Positions 36,643 to 47,596 of a DNA stretch of 64,000 bases are shown in pieces (position 1 is the stretch's first letter; every line of letters begins with the position of its first letter). The DNA lies in assembly GCA_965637545.1 (NCBI GenBank), contig OZ281501.1, positions 806,001-870,000 of the forward strand, in the 5' to 3' direction. The notes beneath the pieces are model-generated. The model saw nothing but the letters and a program-made list of their open reading frames with translations, was not told the origin of the DNA and searched no databases. Source of the DNA: Phallusia mammillata (Eukaryota). A program made the position numbers and the translations under genes.

Positions 36643-38926
36643 TCAACAAACCTGCATTATAAGTAGGTCAGCTAGCTCCCCATGCAGTTTACGAACTTTT
36701 AACACCAAAGGTCGTAGAACCCGCGATGAAACAGATTGACGATGTGTGCGAGCGTACGCCTGCAAAAACTTCTCAAAATCCCGCAGAAATTCGATCATGG
36801 CTTCAATCGATAATTCCGGGTTTCCTGCCTGAGACAAAAACATTTGTTACGTCACAGTTTCATAAAGGAAGCTGTGAATTGTGACGTCATAATGGTTATT
36901 TATGTGACCTTATGATGGTGTCACAATTTACATGTTACATCACAGTCAAAATCACACATCTATTATTTCCCCATATTGTTAAACTTTCTACAATTTTCTT
37001 ACAAATTACAAAACAAACAAATTGTCATCATGGTGAAATGTAAATAGCTTCTCATGTCACAAATCAACGAACATTTTCCAACTTTTTAAACTCACGTTTT
37101 TCACTACAGAAAACAGGAAATGCTTTCTTGTTGACACGTAAAATCTGTTATTTGCAAGGGACCTAATTCAATCCAAAAATATTCCCCAAATGGCAAGCAA
37201 AGGGGCATTTCACTGTACAACATATTAGGGACAAAAATATTGGCGTTTTAGGTTTTAGAGAAGACATCCTCTACTCATTTAAGTTGTAGAGTCCTAATCA
37301 TGTTTTTGCCTTGACCGTCGGGAAAGACCGCCGACTATTTTGCACTCGGCAATGGAAATGAGTGCATATGCAACTGCAATCTGCGATAAGTTAAAATCGT
37401 CAACGCAAGATCCAACATTCCCAGATCTTTGTAACTCGGGTTTAACACAACCTATGGCAAATTTAAATCATCGCAAGCTTGTTTTTGTCCGGGACATTTT
37501 TTAAATTCTGAACCAAGGTTTTTTGTTTATGAAGCGATTTCGGGCGTGCCACTGTATCGGGGGATGATACTGTTATGCAAGCCTTGTAATCGTGATTGTA
37601 AGTGAGATAACAGATGGACATCAGCGCTTGCGGCATCGTCGCGCCTTTAACACTCTCAGCTTCCAAAGATCGCTACTGTCACACCGACTATTAAAGTCAG
37701 TTGTTTAAATCGGAAACTATACAGCATTGCTATTATCTACAATTTTTCGCATAATTGAGCACAGCACCGGGCCCATTGAAGGCATGAAACCGAATCTAGG
37801 TTTTACCGAAAGAAAATCTTTATTCCTTTGTTTATCGTGCACTGTACTAGTCGCATTCAGTGTTATTTACCCTGATGAAGACGACCTGTATATAGGACGT
37901 CGAAACGTCGGAATAAAATCACATTTGCCAGAAGAGCTCTTTAAACTTGATACTATGCCTGGCAGCAATAGCTTATACATAGAAAATCTTTATCTTTTAC
38001 AAACGTTTGGTTTTCCTAACTTCGAAAATATGTTCGTGGACATTTTACGAAACAACAAAGCTAGCCAAAAATTGACAAAAACAAAATACTTTACAAAATT
38101 ACTTGTCTTAGCTAACTGTGTTTTAACCATAATACTACAGAGATCGACACTTCGTGGACCAACATCTAACACAAGGGCTCCTTCATATTTTTATCCCACC
38201 TTCCACGTTCATATTATTCTTTCAAAATAGAGTGTTTATGACCGACATGCTTGTGCCAGCTAAAATTGAAAAATCACCAAGGTGTTAGCGGCTGTTACCC
38301 CGGGTGAAAAGCTTCAGTTTGGTGTTCTAAAGTCAATTGATTTATTTTGACTTATTGACATAAGCTCTTTTCAGCAATATAGGTTTTATACGTACACGAT
38401 ATGCAGTACAGTAAGTTTCCTATATTGAAAAACCGTTGTTTAAATTAAATCACATCCAAAACCTGTGTATACAAAACTCTTGACAAACTGAATGAACTGC
38501 CACATATTGTTTACTTGTTTGGCAACAACTGGTACATCAGTTCCTTATTCAAATAGAATCTATTTATACTCGGAGTTTCATTGTTATAACACTTACCGTG
38601 ATTCGCGTATGTTCGGATGCGCTCAGGTTTACTCCGTCAGAAATCCAAATCTCACGACTAAAAGTTCTCGCATTTCGCGATAAAATTGTCTTTAGAGCGG
38701 CAATGTCCCTTCTGGCTCGCTTGCACAAAGCACCAGCCGCGTGTTGAGATGAAACTCCGCGTTTTGTCCGCGACAACTCCATTTTGTTCGTGGACTCCTT
38801 AAAACTGGAGTGGCCGAGAACGTACGCTGCTGACGCAAAGGAGGTTGCTAAATACGCCAGAAGAAGAGAAGCGACGATCACTCTGCTCGGGTTCTCGATC
38901 AGTGACGCAGCGACAGGTATTCGCAT
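36643..38926 (-). CDS. Orphan secreted helical protein (cytokine-like or prohormone-like); C-terminus uncertain
   Basis: Exon 1 38926-38597 (110 codons) has a signal peptide, RTKR at residues 53-56 and a GTAAGT donor in phase 0. Exon 2 starts at 36828 after TTTTGTCTCAG in phase 0 and reads AGNPELSIEAMIEFLRDFEKFLQAYART...VRKLHGELADLLIMQ. It ends either at VC* (36643, AATAAA at 36577-36572) or at a GTTTGT donor after 36652. Confidence 0.7.
37862..37916 (+). ncRNA. Minimal type-I hammerhead ribozyme motif (Penelope-like variant)
   Basis: TTATTTACC-CTGATGA-A-GACG[ACCTGTATATAGGA]CGTC-GAAA-CGTC-GGAATAA: intact core, stem II, palindromic ACGT in place of stem III, GUC cleavage triplet. Confidence 0.72.
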
Positions 38927-39024
38927 CGTTTTCTGCGAAAGTTAAACCCACGTGGTTCGTAAGGTGCCTGGCTCTACCTGCTGCTGCCGTGCCCTGCCCA
39001 CTGGCATGAGTCTACTATGGAAGC

Positions 39025-39031
39025 TTATATA
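39025..39031 (-). promoter_or_regulatory. TATA box of the orphan secreted-protein gene
   Basis: TATATAA on the minus strand about 100 nt upstream of ATG 38926. Confidence 0.55.
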
Positions 39032-39847
39032 CGTTGGAACCGCTTTCGGTCTTGGTGTGTTTTAACTCTTTCTAACCGAATTTTCGGTTCCACGTAAATT
39101 TACAAGTTTTTAAATTATTGTTATGTTATGAGAACAGACTATTGCCGGGAATACACAATCTATATCGGGGACTGCTTTATATAACGGATCTGCCGCTTGC
39201 ATTTGTTGTTACATCACATGCATTACCCCCCAAGTTTACCCATTGCCAAGCATGTAAGGTCAAAGACATTTCTGTGCATCATAATTCTAAATCTGTCAAA
39301 AATACTCACAAATCGTCAAAAGGAAACAAACTCCCGACGGACATTTTCTTTTTATTTCCTGCTATCCTGCTTTGACCCGCCACCAACAGAGAGAGAAACT
39401 TGAGAGTGAGGGAGAGCAGCGAAATTATATCATTGAATCCGACTGAACGACGCGCCTGAAATGACTGAAAAACTTTGCTGACAGTCGTCGTCGCACGGCG
39501 GTTTGCCCCTGGGGTATGCAACAGGCCCTCTACACGCCGCAGCCAAAAACGTCGGCGGGAACGGTCAGTCGAAATATAGACGTGGTGTTTTCTTCCGTAA
39601 CGAGCGCCTCGGCGGCCTGTGCACGGGGATTGCGGCAATTTCAACCCGCCCCGAAAATGCCCGGATCGTGATATGTGCGATGAAATTGAAATCAATCGGT
39701 TCCTGGGAATAGCTCAGGGCGCTCCCTGCACAGCCAGTCGCATCAACTCGGAGATTAAAACCCCAAGGGCTGCAAATATTTTCCAAACTCTCCCCTAATT
39801 GTGTTAAGTTTCAAAACATGTGATGTGATGAATATTTAGCATGTGGA

Positions 39848-40091
39848 CAGTGGTGGGATTCAGTCGGTTCGCACCGGTTCTACAGAACCGTCTCACGAAA
39901 TTTTATGAGACCAGCGACCCGGTTAGCATTACTAATTACTGTCAATGGACTTTTTGCAACAAAACCGGCTGAAAAATATGACGTTTGTGATAGACCTGGC
40001 TGAAAAATATGACGTTTGTCATAGAACCGGCTGAAAAGTATGACGTTTGTGATAGAACCGGCTGACAAAAAAGAAATGAATCCCACTACTG
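39848..40091. mobile_element. MITE (family C) with internal ~30-bp tandem repeats
   Basis: TIR CAGTGGTGGGATTC...GAATCCCACTACTG; about 4 copies of GATAGAACCGGCTGAAAAATATGACGTTTGT; a second, decayed copy at about 25332-25484. Confidence 0.85.
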
Positions 40092-41576
40092 CCAAGGGTT
40101 GCAAATATTTTCCAAACTCTGCCCTAATTGTGTATAAGTTTCAGAACATGTGATGTGATGAGCATGGTGGCAGTCGACCGCTCAGCCTCGGGCGCCGAAT
40201 AAATTCAAGTAACTGGTATTAACATCAGCGAGCTAAGTCGGAAGCTTTCAGGTCTGACGCCGGCTCGCACAGTAATACGTCACTGAGTAATAATCTACCT
40301 CATTGCCCGGAATAACGTTGACCTCCGTTTCACCTTGAGACCGATCAAGTTGTTGTGTTATGCAGTCATTTGTGGTTGATGTATTTTTGGTGAATATCTG
40401 TAAGTATGGATGGTATAAAATTTCCTGAAAAAAAACAAAACGCATTTGCAAATAATGTATAAATAAACAAAACAATGTTTTCTACAATTAATTTATTAAA
40501 TATTTTGGATTTCGAAATTATTAAGACCACAAATTAGGATCAAGGTAATTTGTGTTTGTAAACATATTTTTCAGAAGCGGAAAAAAATGTTTGGTCAGCA
40601 ATTTAGAAAGTTGTGCAAATTACTTTCATGATAAACTTTCACCTAGATCTCTTTGTACGCTTTAAATTTCAAATTGTTGCGATTTTCCCTGATTGAGTCT
40701 ACGCCCGTTAAAGTTTCATTTTAATTCACAATTTGGATGATTACGGTTTCTCATTGCAAAAATTTTTCCAACGCCAAAACAACTGCATAAGTTCAAGTTC
40801 AGTTAAGCTGTATTAAGAACAAACCAGGGATGCTTAATTCCCGAAAAGATACATTTCTTAGTTCAGCCTGATGCTCCACCTAACGGTTAAAAATAGAAGG
40901 AAAAGTCAGACTTACATTAAATCGCTAAAAAATACCACTTCGAACTATGATTGAACAGACTAACACTTTTTGAAGTTTACAGAAATGTTTTCATAATTAA
41001 AGTGTATCAATGTACAAACATTTCAAGATTGAGTTCGTTTCAAAAATACGGACTATTTTTATCAAAAAATAATGTTTTCAGTTAAAAATAACCATGACAG
41101 CAACAATTGACCAACTTATATCACGACAAAACGTTTCACCGACAAAATTACAGAACATGCCGATTTTATCTTTTGTTTTGTATGTCATAAACTGTATTTG
41201 TCTGTGACGCAAACCCTCCTACAAGTGGATGATTTTAAAAAACAATATCCGAAACATATATTGTTATGTCATTGTCAAAAGCGAAATAATGGCCGACCCG
41301 TTTATGATGATAACAACCGAAATAGCTATTCGTCGTATGATTTTATATTTGTCAGACAGCATCAACAAAAATAGCTGCTTCTTTTTATTGCTTGTCTATT
41401 TTTATGTTGCAAACTGTCTCATGGAAATAATACGTTTATGAAAAACTTATTACATGGTCTTTGCTTAAAAATTAATTTTGAGTTTCTGTTTTGTAAGTCA
41501 TGATGGTATGGTTCATTTTGTCACGTGGTATAGTTATATCGCAGTGGTATCATATGGTCAAGGTTGCTTACACGCT

Positions 41577-44500
41577 GGGTTAGGGTTAGAGCCTTGGAGT
41601 TAGGGTTAGGGTTAGAGATGGAGTTAGGGTTAAGGTATGTTGCGATATAGTTATGAAATTTCAACGTTATAGTTTTATGTAAAGTTGAAGTTGTGAAAAT
41701 CTGATGTAAAAACCATGGCATGGAATCAACACACATGACATCATGTTTGTAAGGTTAGGGTTAGAGCTAGGGTTAGGGTTAGGGCATATTGCGATAGTGA
41801 TGAAATTTTATCGTTGTAATTATATGTAATGGTAAAGTTGTGAAGATGTGTATGTGCATACCATGGTATGAAATCTGCCCAAATGACATTACGTTTGTAA
41901 GGTGAATGTATAGGCTTTTGGTTACTTAGGGTTAGAGCTAGGGTTATAACCCTAACCCTATAGGATTACAGCTATTTTTTACAGCGAGTTATGGTTAAAG
42001 CTATAGGCGTTGGGGTTAGGGTATCTGTCATATAATTTCAACGATGGGAAAATGTATAAAATTACCACCATAAAATTTCATCGCATGATAGTATTTTTAT
42101 CTGGTGAAGATAAGGTTTTCTGTTAGTTAGGGTTGGAGTTATTGAGTTAGGGTTAGGGTATATAGTTATGAAATTTTATCGATGTGATTTTATGTAATGT
42201 TAAAGTTATGAAAATGTGTAATATGTAAAAGCCATGGCATGAAATCAACATGCTTGACATCATGTTTGCAAGGTAAACGTTATAAGGCTTTTTGTTACTT
42301 AGGGTTAGAGTTGTTGAGTTAGGGTTAGGGTTACATATTTAGGGTATATCAAGAAATAACCGAGCTACTACGCTGCAAAATGGAAAAAAAATGTTTATAC
42401 CATGGCATGAAATTGACAAGATAAACTTTCATCACATAAAAGTATATATCTAAGTTGAGGGTTATGAGTTTTCGTTTGGTTAGGGTTGGTGCTATTGAGT
42501 TAGGGTTAGGGTTAGTGCTATGGAGTTAGGGTTAGGGTTGGTGCTATGGAGTTAGGGTTAGGGTATATCGCGATATAATCACCAAGTTATGAAAATTTAA
42601 GGCGTTAATACCATAGCATAAAATTACCACGATAAAGTTTTAACTCATGACAGTATTTCTATTAGGTGAGGTATCGTTTTTTTGGTAGTTGGGGTTGAAG
42701 CTATGGGGTTAGGGTTAGGGTTAGAGCTAGGGTTATAACCCTAACCCTATAGGATTACAGCTATTTTTTTCAGCGAGTTATGGTTAAAGCTATGGGTTTA
42801 GGGTATGTGCGATATAATTTCAACGTTGGGGAACTGTATAAAAATAACCACTGTAAAATTTCATCGCATGACAGTATGTTTATATGGTGAGGATGAGGTT
42901 TTTATTTGGTTAGGGTTAGAGCCTTATGCGGTTAGGGTTGTAGATTTAGGGTTATGGTATATCGAGAAATAACTAGGCTACTGCGCTGCAAAATGGATAA
43001 GATGTTCATGCTATGGCATGAAATTGACAAGTTAAACTTTCATCTCATTAAAGTATGGATCTAATTTGAGAGTTTGAGGTTTTCAGTTTGTTAGGTTAAA
43101 GCTATTGCGTTATAGGGTTAGGGTTGAATCTATGAAGTTAGGGCACATCGCGCTATATTTACAAAGTTATAAAAAGGTATGAGACGTAATTACTACAGCA
43201 AAAATTGTCCCGTTAAAATTTCATCGCATGGCAGTATGTTTATTAGGTGAGGTATCAGTTTTTGAGTAGTTAGGGTTAAAAGCTATGGAGTTAGGGTTAG
43301 GGATATGAAGATAGGGTTAGGGTTGGTGCTATTGAGTTAGGGTTAGAGCTATGGAGTTAGGGTTAGAGCTATGGAGTTAGGGTTAGGGTTCGATCTATTG
43401 AGTTAGGGTTAGAGCTATGGAGTTAGGGTTAGAGCTATGGAGTTAGGGTTAGGGTTGGATCTATTGAGTTAGGGTTAAAGCTATGGAGTTAGGGTTAGAG
43501 CTATGGAGTTAGGGTTAGGGTTGGATCTATTGAGTTAGGGTTAGAGCTATGGAGTTAGGGTTAGGGTTGGATCTATAAGTTAGGGTATATCGCGATATAT
43601 TTACAAAGTTATGAAAAAGTATAAGACCTAAATACCTTAGCATAAAATTATCCCTGTAAAATTTCATCACGTATGACATGTTTATTAGATGATCAGGTAT
43701 CAGTTTTTGAGTAGTTAGGGTTGAAGCTTATATGAACTTAGGGTTAGGGAATGTTATGGTATATGGACATATAAATTAATACAAGGTTGTGAAAATGTAT
43801 AATATGTGAATACTATGACATGAAATCAACACGAATGACAATATATTTGTAAGGTGAGGAATAGGCTTTTTGCTATTTAGGGTTAGAGGTAGAGTTATAA
43901 CCCTAACCCTATAGGATTACAGCTATTTTTTACAGCGAGTTATGGTTAAAGGTATGGAGTTAGGGTTAGGGTATGTGGCGATATAATTTCAACGTTGGGA
44001 AACTGTTTAAAATTACCACTATAAAATTTCATCGCATAACAGTATGTTTATAAATTGAAGGTAAGACTTTTTGTTAGTTAGGGTTAGAGCCAGAGAGGTA
44101 GGGTTTGGGGGTGTCTAAGAAATAACCCAGCTACTACGCTGCAAAATGAACAAGATGTTCACACAGTGGGATGAAATTGACAAGATACAATTTTATCACA
44201 TCAAAGTATGCAGGGTGAGGGTTAAGGTTTTCCTTCGGTTAGGGTAAAGCTGTAGAGTTAGGGTTAGGGTTGGAGCTATGGAGTTAGGGCATATCGCGAT
44301 ATATTTACAAAGGTATGAAAATGTTTACCCCATTAAAATTTATAATCACATATGATATGTTTATTAGGTGACAGGTGAGGTATCAGTTTGTGAGTAGTTA
44401 TAGGGTTGAAGCTATGGTATTAGGGTTAGGGTTGGACTTAGGGTTCTTGTAAGTTGTGAAAATGTATGTAATAAAAACCATGGCTTAAAATTGTCACGAT

Positions 44501-45040
44501 ACAATTTCATCGCATCGTAATATCATTGTGAGGGTTGTAGGATTAGGATTTATGTTAGTTAGGGTTAGTGCTATTAAATTAGGGTTAGGGTTAGGGTTTG
44601 GATTTTTAGGGTATTGCTATATTGCGATATAATTACAAATTTATAAAAATACTTGAGATGAAAATACTATAGCATGAAATTACCACCTTAAAATTTCGTC
44701 ACTTGACAAAATGTTTGTAAGGTGAGGGCAGGTTTGTACTTGATTAAGGGAGTAAGGGTTAGAAATAGAGTTAGGTTTGGAGCTAAAATTTTGTTTTCGA
44801 TTCGTTAGGGTAAAACTGTGGAGTTAGGGTTATAGGGTATATCGCGATATAATTACGGGGTTAGGGTATATCGCGATTAAAGTTGTGAAAATGTATAACA
44901 TGTAAATAACATAAATTACATTGCATGACACAACACTATAAAGATAGGGATATATAACTTTAGAGTTTTTTTTGGTTAGCTAGGGTTTGGAGCAGTAGAG
45001 CTAGAGTCAAAGTTGGGTTGATGTTGGGGTGAGGTTAGCA
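41577..45040 (+). repeat. Interstitial telomere-motif (TTAGGG) composite satellite with higher-order repeats
   Basis: Roughly 20 diverged monomers of about 140-200 bp. Each is a short TTAGGG/GAGCTATGGAG block plus an AT-rich core (ATATCGCGATAT...AAAGTTGTGAAAATG...CCATGGCATGAAATT...AATTTCATCGCATGAC...AAGGTGAGG). A 20/26-bp minisatellite GGTTAGAGCTATGGAGTTAG is expanded at about 43270-43585. Confidence 0.93.
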
Positions 45041-45315
45041 TACATTGCAATACAATTAGGCTACCTTCATATTAAAATTGCTAATTGCATGGCATGTTTT
45101 TTAGCCTTTTAGCTTAGTTTTGTTGGTCGGCGTTAGTTGGGGTTTGATTCAGTGTAAAAAAATCTGAGAAAATGTATGACACCCTGGCATAAAACCCAGA
45201 TGGTTTTAATTCTTGATAATTTAATGGCGAAATAACTCGAAACTTTGTTACCAACCTTGTCCATTTTTTTTTATTTTTTTTTACCAACCTTGCTCACAAG
45301 TAGGCTACAAAGTTA

Positions 45316-45365
45316 TTTCGCTTATCAGATTTGCTCATTGTTTCGCTTATCAGATTTGCTCATTG
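45316..45365 (+). repeat. Perfect 25-bp tandem duplication
   Basis: TTTCGCTTATCAGATTTGCTCATTG x2. Confidence 0.95.
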
Positions 45366-45455
45366 CAAATATATTTTAATTTGGTGCACAAATGAATACA
45401 AAAACTGAGATTTTTCAAGATTTACACTCCCCAAAAAGTTAAAATGACATTTGTA

Positions 45456-45463
45456 TGACGTCA
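45456..45463. promoter_or_regulatory. CRE/ATF palindrome in the EIF1 promoter
   Basis: TGACGTCA just upstream of the non-coding first exon. Confidence 0.5.
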
Positions 45464-45962
45464 CAACTATTTAGTCTCAAACCCTATGAGCAGCCGTCGC
45501 TTAGGGTTGTTTGTGCAAAAGTGAATTGCGTGCAGCTGCCGGTAAGGTTACTGTCACAAATTTATTTTATTACGGTTTGTATGTATAATATGAATTTGTA
45601 ATGTAGAGATCGTGGTTTAAATTTGGTGAACTGTCTAACTTTTTTGTTACGGCTTTAGAAAATGAATCATTCGCATGTGAAATTTTTGATAAATTATTTG
45701 AATGTTTTCCAGTTTATGAGATTTTATTTCCTTGTGCTTTGGAAGTTCGTTGTTTTGAAGAAACACATTTTGACAACTTAGCCCACTACCTTTCAAAAAT
45801 AACTACTGTATAATTCATGTTTTTGTTTTAACTTTTACTTATTGTTCCTGTTTTTTTCCTTGTCGCACAGATTTAAGTTGTATCAAACTAAAACTGTGCT
45901 AGAAGAATTTTTGCAGTCAAGAATACATTCAATTGCTTTTAAGCTTCAATCAAGAGTTCCGC

Positions 45963-47596
45963 ATGAGTGATAACGTACTTAATCTGCAAAATTACGGTAA
46001 GTTATATTACATTTTATTTTAAAAACCTAACTTGTTACATTAGTTTGGCAAAAACATTTTCCACCTGGCATTGAGCAGTAGGAGTTGGAGTGAGGTAAAA
46101 ATATTTTCTGATTGACTTCTTTTATTAGAAGTTGTCCAACTGTGACTATGGACATTTAAATATCAGTTGGCGAAGTGGTAGCTGTTTCTTTGGAAGTGGT
46201 GTTATGTTCAATGGCAGATGTTGTATCAGACTCCCTACAATTGTGCAACACAGACATCAATATTTGTTATATCAGTCTGTTCACCTTAAACTGGACATAC
46301 TGTTGTTGTAACAATATTTAAAGAAAACTCAAGTCTTGCTGCAACCATTTAATTGCGTGAGGTTTTGTTTTAGATCCTTTTGCTGATGCAAGCAAAGGAA
46401 ATGATGCTGGAAGCCAAGGGTCTGTGATTCACATCAGAATTCAACAAAGAAACGGTCGAAAAACCTTGACCACTGTACAAGGGATTTCTGAAGATTATGA
46501 CAAGAAGAAAATTGTGAGAGCCTGCAAAAAGGCAAGAAACCATTACTGTTACACTTTTAATCATTTGACTAAATTCTTTATTTGCCACTCATTTAAACGG
46601 AAATAAATTGTAATGATAATTTGGGTAACCAATATTTACATGACGGGGTCAGTGAAAGGCCAAACATTGGCCATTGGGCCAGTGACTCGTTATTGCCGAT
46701 TTAAAGACCAGGAAAAAGGTGGTAATATGGAATGTCGCTGTTGGAGCAGCAGAACAAAACGAGGGAGTGCAAGAAAACAAAGGGGATAACATTGCAAAAA
46801 AACTAAATCTAGAACAATGATCATCATCTAGATTTTATTTAATTAACATGTTGCTGGCATTTTTTAGGAGTTTGCTTGTAATGGAACGGTGGTAGACCAC
46901 TCAGAGTATGGGGAAGTTTTGCAATTACAAGGTGACCAGAGGCAAAATATTGCTGAATTTTTACTGAATGTAAGTACATATGTTTGCTAGTAAATGGTTT
47001 TTACATTTTGTCCCTAAATTAGTCAATATTTACATTAAACCAGTATTTCTCAAACTGTGCGCCGCAACGCCCAAACTGTGTTGTCGCAACACCCAAACTC
47101 AAACTGTGCGTCGTTTTAATTTTCCAAGGGCATCGCAGAATAGTTCCGTTTCGCGCCTTTTTGTTGTTGTATCAATAAACTCAACTTTAATAATAAGTTT
47201 CCTCATTAACTTTTATTTGGTGGTCTGTCACAAATCTAGAAAACTTTTCCAGAGGCGTCGCAATAAAAAAAGTTTGAAAACCACTGCATTAAACAAATGA
47301 CTAAACCAGGGACATGTAGCATATCGCCTACGTCAGCTATTTATGTGAACTTTGTCATGTAGTTGATTGTTTTAGACTTTTCACTGTTAAATCGTAGGAA
47401 GTTGTTATTTGCACTGTTCCATTAGCTTTTTTGACATTGTATTACAAAGTAAAAGTTTGCCCAATCCTCTGTTTAGAAATGTTGTCTTCATGCTCCCCTG
47501 AAACCAATCATAAATTGCACCTTGTTTTGATGACATTTTTTTCTTTTCCAGGTTGGATTAGCGAAGAAGGAACAAGTTAAGATTCATGGATTTTAA
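45963..47596 (+). CDS. EIF1: Eukaryotic translation initiation factor 1 (SUI1)
   Basis: Exons 45963-45996, 46374-46531 (GC donor), 46868-46969 and 47552-47596 give MSDNVLNLQNYDPFADA...IHIRIQQRNGRKTLTTVQGI...KEFACNGTVV...LQGDQR...KIHGF*. A non-coding first exon ends near 45541 (GTAAGG donor). Confidence 0.97.
47041..47286. mobile_element. hAT-type MITE (family B) in an EIF1 intron
   Basis: TIR CAGTATTTCTCAAACT...AGTTTGAAAACCACTG with TSD CATTAAAC; homologous to 51801-52011. Confidence 0.9.

Noticed and set aside
37300-37670. Extra internal exon of the secreted-protein gene
   Set aside because: Candidate frames hit stops or lack a good donor; exon 1 joins exon 2 in frame without it.
37727-38230. 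167-aa plus-strand ORF
   Set aside because: Non-ATG start, intronic and antisense to the secreted-protein gene. Its IGRRNVGI match to the 26590 ORF tail is just the hammerhead repeat.
41577-45040. CRISPR-like repeat-spacer array, or a true telomere
   Set aside because: The 'spacers' are homologous to each other, there are no cas genes, and the context is eukaryotic. TTAGGG runs are only a few units long and genes lie on both sides.
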